This document shows, in pieces, positions 16,680 through 25,502 of a DNA stretch of 31,528 nt. The stretch is from positions 1 to 31,528 of IMG/VR virus record IMGVR_UViG_3300038673_000159, one strand, 5' to 3'. The notes beneath the pieces were generated by a model. That model searched no databases. It had not been told where the DNA came from and saw only the letters and a program-made list of their open reading frames with translations. The stretch's first letter is position 1; each line of letters begins with the position of its first letter. The translations under genes and the position numbers were made by a program. Source of the DNA: a virus (Duplodnaviria > Caudoviricetes).

Positions 16680-18086
16680 TTATTTGTCAAAATACTTTTC
16701 AAATTCTCCGTACTTGCCGGAACCTTTGGTTTGTTTATTATCCACGCCAACAAAACTAACTGGCTTTGCTTTCTTGGCGGTGGGTGCTTTGGGTGTGTGT
16801 TTGAAACGTCCAACAATCGCAAAACATTCCTTTTCAACCGAATCAAGTGTCATTGAATATGCGGTTTCTTTTAGAGACTTGAATTCGTCGGCATTACCGA
16901 TTTCGTCCTCAAATTCCGCAAGTTTTTCGTCCACTTCCGCTTTGAATTGTTCTGTTTCGACTGTTTTCTTGAATTCCGATAAAAGTGCATTTTCATTAGA
17001 TAGTGTTTCGATTTGTTTCTGCGCTTCTGCATACGCAAAATCTGCTTGAACTTTTGCGGCATCAACTGCATCCATTTCTTCCTTGGTTAGCCACGTAGAA
17101 AACACTTCGACAACTGAACTCATGTCGATAACCAATGTTTCATCATCAAACTTCGCCTTGATATACTTATGATCGCTTGTCCAATCGGAGTCATAACTCC
17201 ACATTGAAGCAAGAACATAATCACCCATCATATCAAATACGTAATATGATTTGCCTGAAACAAGTGCGCCATCTGGAGCATAAATCCACTCGTCTTCCAT
17301 GTTGTCTTGTAGTTTGTCAAGTTTTGCAGAAGTTGTCATTTCAAATTTTTCTTTATCGCCACAACCCATGTCTTCTTCGGGTTCAATGGTTTCTGGATCT
17401 GGATCTTCTTCGAGTTTTTCTTCTTCAACAAATTCAGGATTCAAAATCTTATTAAGTTCAGAAGTGAACTCTAAGAATTTTTCTCTGTTTTCGTCAAGAT
17501 TAAATGTTTGCAATTCTGCCTTTGCACCTATCATCCCTGTGCCATATGATGAGTTGAGCATAGTCACCGCTGAGTATTTATATTCGGTAATATCGAAATA
17601 ATTCTTATCATCTTCAAGCATTTGATAATCATTTGCGATTACTTCCATAGATACCTTAACGGTTTCCTGATTTTTGATTATGTCAACCCCATATCCGGCA
17701 TATTCATTCCAAATAAAGCAATCCGCCACAACATAATTTCTACCATCAATTTCTTCAATGGCATAATTGTTCGTTTCTGGAATCACTCCAATCGGAATCT
17801 CTTTGTAAATAATACGATATTCGCCTTCATTCATTTTATCTTCTTCGATTACAAAGTCATGACCGCCAAAGTCAAGGTTGCCATCTTTATCTTCAATGAC
17901 ATGTGCGAGAATCGGAATATTTGCAAGAGTTGGCTTAGCGTTTTCAATCGCTTCATCAGAAAAATGAGAAAAATTAGGATTCTTGCCGTTGTGCATTATA
18001 TAAACTCTTAGTTTAGTAAAACGCTCAGAATCAAACGTTTCATCTACGGCATATTTCATTGCAAAACTAAAATTCTTTAATTCCAA
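16680..18086 (-). CDS. prohead protease/scaffold protein
   Basis: HNGKNPNFS, LANIPILA, DFGGH, VSMEV protease-like N-domain plus acidic coiled-coil C-terminus; between portal and capsid. Confidence 0.75.
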   Translation of the reverse strand: MELKNFSFAMKYAVDETFDSERFTKLRVYIMHNGKNPNFSHFSDEAIENAKPTLANIPILAHVIEDKDGNLDFGGHDFVIEEDKMNEGEYRIIYKEIPIGVIPETNNYAIEEIDGRNYVVADCFIWNEYAGYGVDIIKNQETVKVSMEVIANDYQMLEDDKNYFDITEYKYSAVTMLNSSYGTGMIGAKAELQTFNLDENREKFLEFTSELNKILNPEFVEEEKLEEDPDPETIEPEEDMGCGDKEKFEMTTSAKLDKLQDNMEDEWIYAPDGALVSGKSYYVFDMMGDYVLASMWSYDSDWTSDHKYIKAKFDDETLVIDMSSVVEVFSTWLTKEEMDAVDAAKVQADFAYAEAQKQIETLSNENALLSEFKKTVETEQFKAEVDEKLAEFEDEIGNADEFKSLKETAYSMTLDSVEKECFAIVGRFKHTPKAPTAKKAKPVSFVGVDNKQTKGSGKYGEFEKYFDK

Positions 18087-18105
18087 AACTTTATTCCTCC
18101 TTTCG

Positions 18106-18297
18106 TTACAGCATAAGTTTGTTGCTCCACATTACGTTACCGTACTTCTGGAGGCTTGATAGTTCCAATGATTTGCTATTTTCAAAAATTGTTGCTTCTT
18201 GTCCGTTAATCAAAGAAGTTCCAATCTTTTTGAAGCCGGTTTTTTCAAATGACTCTGCTGTATCTTTATCCAAACAATAAATCCATTTCATTACCAT
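18106..18297 (-). CDS. small hypothetical protein between portal and protease
   Basis: 63-aa ORF filling the gap, with RBS. Confidence 0.6.
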   Translation of the reverse strand: MVMKWIYCLDKDTAESFEKTGFKKIGTSLINGQEATIFENSKSLELSSLQKYGNVMWSNKLML

Positions 18298-18314
18298 TCC
18301 TTCTTTCTATTCTG

Positions 18315-19757
18315 TTACACTTGTTCTGTTTTGACCGTTGAATCCGCTTTTTCAGTTTCTTCTTTTTGTGGTCTGCCAACTTCGTCGCCACTCATTTGCG
18401 CCGCACTTGCTTTCACAGGAAGCAATTCGTCAATATCAATTTCCTGTTCAAATTCAAGAACCTTCATTGCATCATAGATTTCCAAGCCAGACGTTGCAAC
18501 CCAAAGCATACGTGAACCGCCCAATGGCAAGTCTGCCGCATACGTTTTGTGTTGATCTGCGCGTTGGTGGAAACTGTGTGGCAGGAACTTGATTTGCATT
18601 TTTTGTGCCTTGATTTTGTAATTGGCAATGTTTGTAAAGTAGTAATAATATGGCAACATTTTTGCAACATCTTTTGCCGTAGAATAGGAAAGGCCGTTTG
18701 TCGTTTCCGTGGAAAAGACGGTTGTCGAAATGCCGCTGTCATTGGAGATTACGGTTTGAGAATGTTCGACAAGGTTTGTTTGATTAGATTGTGATTTATC
18801 TAACGAAATTCCGCTGACTTCGAATGGGTTAGTCATAGGCGCAACGTTGGCTGGAAGATGTTCTTTTGCCGAATCGTGATATGCTTGGATAATGTCCTTG
18901 TCCATTAGAGGAACGCCATTTTCATCAACCGGAACTTTCAAATGCACAATCTTAATTACTTCTGCCTTCAAAGTGTCGTTCAAGTACGTTTTATTTTCTT
19001 CGTGGGTATTGAAATCCTTAAACAAAGGCGCAAGTAGCGGATAATCATTGCGCATCTTTTCAATGTGCGAAGTCAAACAAAAGCCACGCTTGCCAACCAA
19101 ATAAAGGTTGTTTTGAATAGCAATCTTTGTGCCTTCAATTTCGCGTTCTTCTTTATTTTTCTTCCGTCCACCGTCAACCCAATCATCGTAAGCGTTTCGA
19201 ATTTCTTCTGGCATTTCATAATATTGATCTGCCTTAATCATTGCCAAGTCGATGTAAAAGCGCCAAATATTATCATCGTCCACCATTGCGAGTTGGCAGA
19301 TGGAAGAATCAATTTCCACATAAATCGTATTTGTCTTGTCTCCCAAGTCATACCAGTATGTCGAACCATTCACAATCGTGCGCTTCAACATTTCAGGATA
19401 GATTTCCTTGACCGAAGCATCACGAATCAGTTTCGCCGCCTCTTGAAATCTGTCTTTTATCGTAGTCTTGTTTTTCTTGACTTCTGCCGGATAAACGACA
19501 TAATCAAAGGAAAGCAAGTGGGCAAGATAATCGACAATGTTTCCGTATGATGGGCTATTTGCAAAAAGCCAGTTTGACACGTCTCGCAGTTTTTTATAAC
19601 TTGCGTATGGATCTTTTAGCAAGTTTGTGATTTGTTCGTTCGTATAAGAAGTGGAGGTACGAGAAGATGATTGCCATAAGGGGAATATTGCGCTTTTGGC
19701 GTATGCCCGAGGTATGCAAAAGTCTTCTAATACTGGCTTCTTTTTTTGTTCATCCAA
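18315..19757 (-). CDS. portal protein
   Basis: 480 aa directly after the terminase large subunit; C-terminal GRP motif. Confidence 0.75.
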   Translation of the reverse strand: MDEQKKKPVLEDFCIPRAYAKSAIFPLWQSSSRTSTSYTNEQITNLLKDPYASYKKLRDVSNWLFANSPSYGNIVDYLAHLLSFDYVVYPAEVKKNKTTIKDRFQEAAKLIRDASVKEIYPEMLKRTIVNGSTYWYDLGDKTNTIYVEIDSSICQLAMVDDDNIWRFYIDLAMIKADQYYEMPEEIRNAYDDWVDGGRKKNKEEREIEGTKIAIQNNLYLVGKRGFCLTSHIEKMRNDYPLLAPLFKDFNTHEENKTYLNDTLKAEVIKIVHLKVPVDENGVPLMDKDIIQAYHDSAKEHLPANVAPMTNPFEVSGISLDKSQSNQTNLVEHSQTVISNDSGISTTVFSTETTNGLSYSTAKDVAKMLPYYYYFTNIANYKIKAQKMQIKFLPHSFHQRADQHKTYAADLPLGGSRMLWVATSGLEIYDAMKVLEFEQEIDIDELLPVKASAAQMSGDEVGRPQKEETEKADSTVKTEQV

Positions 19758-19773
19758 TCAATTCGCCTCCTTT

Positions 19774-21600
19774 CTAATACATAACGAAGTCCATCCAGTT
19801 AACGACTCGTTGTTTGCCACTTCTTTTTAAGACATCATCATGTCTCATTTGATATAAGTAATGCCCAAGCATTGCCAGCACGAACGCGCGATCGTCATGC
19901 ATTTGCCTTTCCTTGTCTTTTGGTAAAGCATACCTCTTTGAAGTTTTTTCTGGATTTTCAAATTTGAATATTGAAGTTATTTCTGTTTTCATAAGATCAA
20001 TATTCATCAAGGCAACTTCTTCTTCAATAGAAAGAGGCCGATTTTTTATTGTAACAACGCCATCTTTTTCTTCTTGAATAGGAATAAATCCACGTCCATC
20101 GTATTCTTTTGTAAACTTAATAAGATCAAGTTGCATTAATTCAACCAGTTCATCAAACATGACTGTTCTCATCCTCTGTGGAACAATCAATTTTAACACA
20201 TCACTTGCATGAGGATATTTAGGGCCATATTCGGCATATGCTTCATATGTTGTATCCAAAAATCCTTTATGGCTGAGTCCTTTTTTATCAGTCCACTGAT
20301 CAAGCATATTGTCTGCATACGCAGAAATGCCGCCACCACCAGCCCCGCTATCAATTAAAACAACATAAATATTTTGATAATCAGGAGCATGCCCATTATA
20401 AGCGACGATAGACTCTTTTAATGCCTTAATTTGTTCTGGAGAAGACATTTTATAGCCTTTTTTATTACCGATTTCAACAAAATTCGTACAGTTGACAATT
20501 TCCCCATAAAACCCAATATTTTTATCTTCTATAATTCTCATTACACCAAGAATACTATTGTCCATAGAACGTGCGGGATCAAACGCAATTGCATATTTAC
20601 ATCCCGGAAGTGCTTCAAGTTCCGGCAAAAGCAATGTTTCATTTCTACGAATCATGCTCCATTTCACAACTTGATTTTCGCCAAAATCCTTTTGAAATTT
20701 ATTATAATATTCACGCAATGCTTTTTCTTTATTTGCTCTCATCGCAGAGTCAACTTTTGATTTCTGCAATAATGGGGGATGTGGTTCTCCGTCCATAATT
20801 GGTTCTATCGGAATATCACATGGAATATCACAGGCAAAATATCGGGTGTCTCCCGCAATCATTCTTTTAGTAAAATCTTTATATTTCCGCCAAAAGGTAG
20901 TATCAACATCGCTTGCAGAAGAAGCATAAATAAGTTGTGTCGGGCATTTTTTGCGTAATGTTTTAACATTAAAATCTTGGTTGGTAGACGTAATAAAGTT
21001 TGAATCCTGTGTTGCAAAGGCTTCTGAAATTGAAATTAATTCATCAGATGAAAACCCCGCCTCATCAAAAAAAACCAAAGTTGATCTTTTTGAGCGGTTA
21101 TTGTCTGGATTCCCATTTAGTGTCATTATTTCGCTTCCATTATAAAACTCAACTCTGAATCCAGTTTGAGCATGAACAAACCCGGTTCGACATGCCGGAG
21201 ACTTTACTGTTTCTCCTGCGGCAATATCTTTTAATGAAGCAATCGAACTTGACGTTTTCCCTATCCTCAAAATTATTTCTTCTATTTTTGAAAATGTTTC
21301 TTGCGCCTGAGAACCAACCGATGAAATAATATAAATAGCCTGATTTTCATATAAAAGAGCCTTTAAAAGTATCAAAATACTGCCCAAAAAACTTTTTCCA
21401 CTATTTCTCGAACAGCACCATAATGAGTATGGAGCATTCCAACTTTGATTAAGAATATATTTTTGATAGTCAAGCAACTTTATTCCAAGAAGAATTTCAC
21501 ACGCCATCACCGGGTTTCTTCTTAAAAACTTAATAAGCCTTGCGTTTTGCTCGTATAACCTATATTTGCGGGTGCTTAAAACCATCTTATTTCTAGCCAT
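19774..21600 (-). CDS. terL: terminase large subunit
   Basis: Walker A SRNSGKS, Walker B VFFDEAG, YASSA coupling motif, nuclease AFDPAR..D, IDSGAGGGG, HDDRA. Confidence 0.93.
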   Translation of the reverse strand: MARNKMVLSTRKYRLYEQNARLIKFLRRNPVMACEILLGIKLLDYQKYILNQSWNAPYSLWCCSRNSGKSFLGSILILLKALLYENQAIYIISSVGSQAQETFSKIEEIILRIGKTSSSIASLKDIAAGETVKSPACRTGFVHAQTGFRVEFYNGSEIMTLNGNPDNNRSKRSTLVFFDEAGFSSDELISISEAFATQDSNFITSTNQDFNVKTLRKKCPTQLIYASSASDVDTTFWRKYKDFTKRMIAGDTRYFACDIPCDIPIEPIMDGEPHPPLLQKSKVDSAMRANKEKALREYYNKFQKDFGENQVVKWSMIRRNETLLLPELEALPGCKYAIAFDPARSMDNSILGVMRIIEDKNIGFYGEIVNCTNFVEIGNKKGYKMSSPEQIKALKESIVAYNGHAPDYQNIYVVLIDSGAGGGGISAYADNMLDQWTDKKGLSHKGFLDTTYEAYAEYGPKYPHASDVLKLIVPQRMRTVMFDELVELMQLDLIKFTKEYDGRGFIPIQEEKDGVVTIKNRPLSIEEEVALMNIDLMKTEITSIFKFENPEKTSKRYALPKDKERQMHDDRAFVLAMLGHYLYQMRHDDVLKRSGKQRVVNWMDFVMY

Positions 21601-22350
21601 TTAATCACCCACTTCTTTTTGCTGTAGTTCAAGTTCCTGAATTTTCTTATGAAGAATTCTATTTTCTTCTTCTAAATCAGCGATTCTTTCCGAGTGTTCT
21701 TGAACCAATTCTCTTTGCGTATTAATTATGTCAATATAATCATTTTCGTCAAAACTAAGTTGATCGAGCAAACTTTTATTTGAAACATCTGCGCAAACCT
21801 TCATGCCATATGCTTTTAATTGATCATAATAATCAACTTCTGCATCGTCAAAATTTAACTCTCTATACTGTTTGAGCATATATGTTAAAGTTGACCGCCC
21901 GGCAGACTTATCTCCACGATTCTTTACAGAAATCGCATTTTCCTTCGCTAACTTATCATTGTTTGAAACAATCTTTTGTTTTATCTCAGATAAATCACGA
22001 ATCAATTTTGGATCTGTTTTTAAGTCGCCGTTTGAAATTGCATCATCGATTTTCCGAATCTGATTATTGTTTTGAACAATCTGAATTACAACCGACAATT
22101 TGAAACTATCTTCAAGTGTTTCTTCGTCTAAATATGAAATCAAATCATTGTATAAATATTTTTGGTCATCTTTTGTTGCGCTTCCAAAAACATCATATCC
22201 AACCATCTTGATTACGTCTTGTCTAACCATTTCAAGTTCAGACGCCGACTGTTCTTTCTGAACCGTTTCCGGCTTTGGTTGCTTCGGCTTCGATGTAACC
22301 GCTGTCTGTGTCGTTCTTCGATTCAGGCTTCTCTTCGGCAAATGATTCAC
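21601..22350 (-). CDS. terminase small subunit (putative; start may be TTG at 22341)
   Basis: Helical 249-aa ORF abutting terL. Confidence 0.55.
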   Translation of the reverse strand: MNHLPKRSLNRRTTQTAVTSKPKQPKPETVQKEQSASELEMVRQDVIKMVGYDVFGSATKDDQKYLYNDLISYLDEETLEDSFKLSVVIQIVQNNNQIRKIDDAISNGDLKTDPKLIRDLSEIKQKIVSNNDKLAKENAISVKNRGDKSAGRSTLTYMLKQYRELNFDDAEVDYYDQLKAYGMKVCADVSNKSLLDQLSFDENDYIDIINTQRELVQEHSERIADLEEENRILHKKIQELELQQKEVGD

Positions 22351-22366
22351 TCCCTTTCTATTCTAA

Positions 22367-22575
22367 TTGAACCTCTCATCACTAAAGTGACGAGATTCCT
22401 GTTTCACAGACTTCGTAACCTTAGACTCCACAGGCTTAAATTCCGATAGTTCCTACCGTACTAAACATTATTTATGCTGACTTAATCATTCTTAATCCTT
22501 CGTTAAGAATATTGATAGCAGCGTTTATATCTCTGTCGTGGTGTGTGTTACAGCAAGGACACTTCCATTCTCTGA
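22367..22575 (-). mobile_element. tnpB: IS200/IS605 remnant, copy 2: tnpB 3' end plus omegaRNA scaffold/right end
   Basis: 207 bp (22367-22573) identical to 8025-8231; REWKCPCC...[11 protein letters not shown]; ends GGTTCAA. Confidence 0.9.
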
Positions 22576-22605
22576 ATAAAAAGAGGACAGCATTCGCCAT
22601 CCTCT
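22575..22605 (-). terminator. intrinsic terminator after tRNA
   Basis: AGAGGATGGC-GAAT-GCTGTCCTCT followed by TTTTATT. Confidence 0.75.
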
Positions 22606-22639
22606 GAATATACGATGAAATTTTGAATTTATTGTGTAA

Positions 22640-22714
22640 TGGTGGCGGGACACGGACTTGAACCGTGAACACAAGATTATGACTCTCGCAAGTTGCCAAT
22701 TACTCCATCCCGCT
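22640..22714 (-). tRNA. tRNA with CAT anticodon (Met/fMet-like, atypical)
   Basis: Cloverleaf by eye: acceptor AGCGGGA/TCCCGCC, D stem GAGT/ACTT, anticodon arm CGAGA-GTCATAA-TCTTG, T arm CACGG-TTCAAGT-CCGTG, encoded ACCA. Confidence 0.88.
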
Positions 22715-22739
22715 ACGAATTGCGCTACTAAAACAATCT

Positions 22740-22980
22740 GCGGTATAGATACCGCTGAAAGAAAACCTCGCGCGGTGGTTTTGTACGAACCGCCCACTCG
22801 TGACGGTTATATTTGTCTTCGATTGAACTTTATTTATTGTCGCGTTCTACGACATAAGCAATTGTCGAACTTTCTTTTGATTTACTTGCTTGCGTTCTAC
22901 AAGCAAATCTTCTTTGTTATCGCTCCCACTTACTGGTAGGGACTCTCCATCTATTTTGGCTCCCCACTCACGGTAGGGGT
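22740..22980 (-). ncRNA. candidate structured non-coding region with repeated hairpins
   Basis: About seven stem-loops; two share the loop CGTTCTA and two to three share a CCCACT..GGT motif. Confidence 0.4.
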
Positions 22981-23013
22981 TCACCGGCTTTTATAATAAA
23001 ACAGGCATTTGAC

Positions 23014-23355
23014 CTACATTTCAGACTTATCTTTCGCAATTGCGCCATGTTTTGCCATCTCAATATTCATCTCTTTTGTCATAATCGCAGTTTCCATATT
23101 GACAATATATCCCAAAGCAAGTTCGGGTGTCAATCCTGCGTTGATAAGCGCTGTGATTTTCCCGGCAATAGATGAATACTCATCTACCCCTGCTTGAAAA
23201 GATTCTGCATTATATTTACAATCTTCCAAATTTTCTTTATCAAGAGGAACTGTCATCACAATCGCCAATTCGTCAGGAGAAGAAATAGCAATTCCATGCT
23301 CACAGTTTTCTGCTTCAACTTCAAATTCGTTCATCTGGATTTCTTTTTCTTCCAT
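23014..23355 (-). CDS. hypothetical acidic protein
   Basis: 113 aa; AAGGAG RBS. Confidence 0.65.
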   Translation of the reverse strand: MEEKEIQMNEFEVEAENCEHGIAISSPDELAIVMTVPLDKENLEDCKYNAESFQAGVDEYSSIAGKITALINAGLTPELALGYIVNMETAIMTKEMNIEMAKHGAIAKDKSEM

Positions 23356-23368
23356 TCTATTCTACTCC

Positions 23369-23953
23369 TTATAGGATTTCGTCGATTACGCCAAGTTCAA
23401 GCGCTTCTTGTGCGCTGAAATACCAATCTTTTTTCCGTTCTTTGTAAAATTCAAGTTGTTCTTCTGTGATTTTGGAATACTTCTTGATATGCGCCTTTAA
23501 TTCTTGCCACAAGTATTCGGTTTCGGCAAGATCGTCTTGCATACCCTGTAAACTATCCCACGTTCCACTTGAAATTGCATGAACCATAAATCGTGCGTGG
23601 CGATATGCTCTACGTTTTGTTCCGCACAAAGCAATAGTTTGCCCCATTGACATTGCATATGTTGTTACGGTCATAATGATTTCGTATCCGATATCAATCA
23701 TGTATTCAAGCAACGATACAAGTCCAAATCCTTCTTGTACCCATCCACCATAACTGCCCAAATCTACGTATACCGGCTCTTTTGTCCCAGTAATTTTGTC
23801 AATGTCCATAATGCGATTCAAAAAGAAGCAAACTTCAAAGATTGTTTTTGTGTTTACTTCGTCGTTTAAGATAATTCTGCGCCTTTTGATAGCGCTCGAC
23901 ATGCGCATTTCAATTTGAGAATTATCAGAGGCAAAGATATTAAGATCGTCCAT
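23369..23953 (-). CDS. clpP: ClpP-family (S14) protease
   Basis: RRIILNDEV, SYGG, AMSMG (Ser), RFMVH (His), DWYFSAQEALELGVIDEI (Asp). Confidence 0.9.
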   Translation of the reverse strand: MDDLNIFASDNSQIEMRMSSAIKRRRIILNDEVNTKTIFEVCFFLNRIMDIDKITGTKEPVYVDLGSYGGWVQEGFGLVSLLEYMIDIGYEIIMTVTTYAMSMGQTIALCGTKRRAYRHARFMVHAISSGTWDSLQGMQDDLAETEYLWQELKAHIKKYSKITEEQLEFYKERKKDWYFSAQEALELGVIDEIL

Positions 23954-23977
23954 TAAAGCTACTTCCTTTTATTTATT

Positions 23978-25201
23978 TTAGTTTAGTTGGATTTCATGCG
24001 TCTGTCGCATTCCATCACTGAACGTCATCACTATTGCTCCGGCTTTTGAACCCTTCTTGATTTTTGCAGAATATGGATTGATTCCTATAATGCTTGGGCA
24101 TTGAACAACCTTGACATCATTATCTTGCTTTGCAGAAACAGTTTTCCCGTTGTGCCTATGCAGGTGTCCTTCCACCACAATATCAGGGTCAACATGATAA
24201 AAATTGATATAATCAGAAACCGTATTGTCAATGTTTTTTTCATCTTGCCCGTGACAACCCATGATATTTAAATTATTGCACTTAAAATACATCGCTGTCA
24301 TATCTGTATCAAAAACAGTTACTCTGTCGTTATTCACCAACCTAAGTTTTATAATGTGGGAGATAATTCTCTCCATATTTTCGTCAGGAAAGTCCCCCCG
24401 CTTTGAATTATATGGTCTTGTTTCTGTATGATTGCCATTCGTATTTCTGAATTCAACATAGCAATACTTGCTAAGTTCGTTTAACCACGTTGCCATAAAT
24501 TCAGCATATTTTAACGTTGATTCAACCAATCCATACCGAAGCGTAAGCAATTGATTAACATGCAGAAGACCCTCTAACGCGTCAGCCAAGTCTAATACAA
24601 ACAGTTTTTCAATGCCTTCCTTTTTGATAATTACCTTTAACTTCCCACAAAGATCCCACATCCGCTGTTCAAAAATCTCTGGGGAATATTCGTTTAAGAT
24701 TTCTCCAAACAATCCGCGAATTTGGAATTCACTTCCATAATGGGCGTCCGCTACAACACAAAGTCCCTCTTTAGAAGACATGCATATATTTTCATATTCT
24801 GGAACACGTATTGGTTCCATTGAAGCAATTGCGTCTTCGATTTTTTCAAAGTATAATTCAACTCTTGCTGTTTCCCGAAGCCGACGATTCAAATCCAGTT
24901 TTTCTGTCTGGACTTTCATCTTTTCCTTTTGCCATTCTTGCTTTTTAATTTCACATTCTTTCAGATATTTGTCATCTGAAACCCCAGCAAGTTGCGCATC
25001 AGTATGTCCTTCAAGATATGCAGTCCACCATCCTCTTAGACTTCTCTCGTTGACCGCCTCACCTTCTTCGGCAAGCAAGTCTACAATTTTCGGCCAAGTT
25101 AATTCATATAAATCTTTATTCTTGCACAATCGTAGTTTATATGTCTTGATGGTTTCTTCATCATGTCTTTGCAATTGAATGTACCTCCCACACATACGCA
25201 T
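23978..25201 (-). CDS. calcineurin-like metallophosphoesterase with N-terminal HTH/coiled coil
   Basis: ADAHYG, LADALEG, GNH, CHG, GHLH motifs. Confidence 0.88.
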   Translation of the reverse strand: MRMCGRYIQLQRHDEETIKTYKLRLCKNKDLYELTWPKIVDLLAEEGEAVNERSLRGWWTAYLEGHTDAQLAGVSDDKYLKECEIKKQEWQKEKMKVQTEKLDLNRRLRETARVELYFEKIEDAIASMEPIRVPEYENICMSSKEGLCVVADAHYGSEFQIRGLFGEILNEYSPEIFEQRMWDLCGKLKVIIKKEGIEKLFVLDLADALEGLLHVNQLLTLRYGLVESTLKYAEFMATWLNELSKYCYVEFRNTNGNHTETRPYNSKRGDFPDENMERIISHIIKLRLVNNDRVTVFDTDMTAMYFKCNNLNIMGCHGQDEKNIDNTVSDYINFYHVDPDIVVEGHLHRHNGKTVSAKQDNDVKVVQCPSIIGINPYSAKIKKGSKAGAIVMTFSDGMRQTHEIQLN

Positions 25202-25219
25202 GGGAGTTTCCTCCCACTA

Positions 25220-25492
25220 TCAAATTAAGGCAGTCTTCAAATTCTTCGAAATCTTATATCTCACAATCGACTTTTCAGCAACTTCAATTTCTTCTCTCGT
25301 TGCAGGATGAATCGTCTTTCGTGGTTCTTTCTTTACAACAAACCACTTTCCAACGTTTACCAAATTCACGTCATCGCCACGTTCAATTGCATTATAGATG
25401 GCTTGTGTAAATCCGTCAAGAAAAACTTCTGTATCACCTTTTGTGTATCCTGTCAGTTTTGAAATTTCTGTAATCAAACCATGTTTGTCCAT
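25220..25492 (-). CDS. HU/IHF-family DNA-binding protein
   Basis: MDKHGLITEIS...GDDVNLVNVGKW....KEPRKTIHPATREEIEV; start placed at ATG 25492. Confidence 0.88.
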   Translation of the reverse strand: MDKHGLITEISKLTGYTKGDTEVFLDGFTQAIYNAIERGDDVNLVNVGKWFVVKKEPRKTIHPATREEIEVAEKSIVRYKISKNLKTALI

Positions 25493-25502
25493 TTTACACC
25501 TT

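Noticed and set aside
22472-22699. 75-aa ORF ending in TnpB motifs
   Set aside because: Chance fusion running through the tRNA and terminator into the tnpB remnant; not a functional TnpB.
22740-22980. Mini CRISPR array
   Set aside because: No identical repeats with regular unique spacers and no cas genes.
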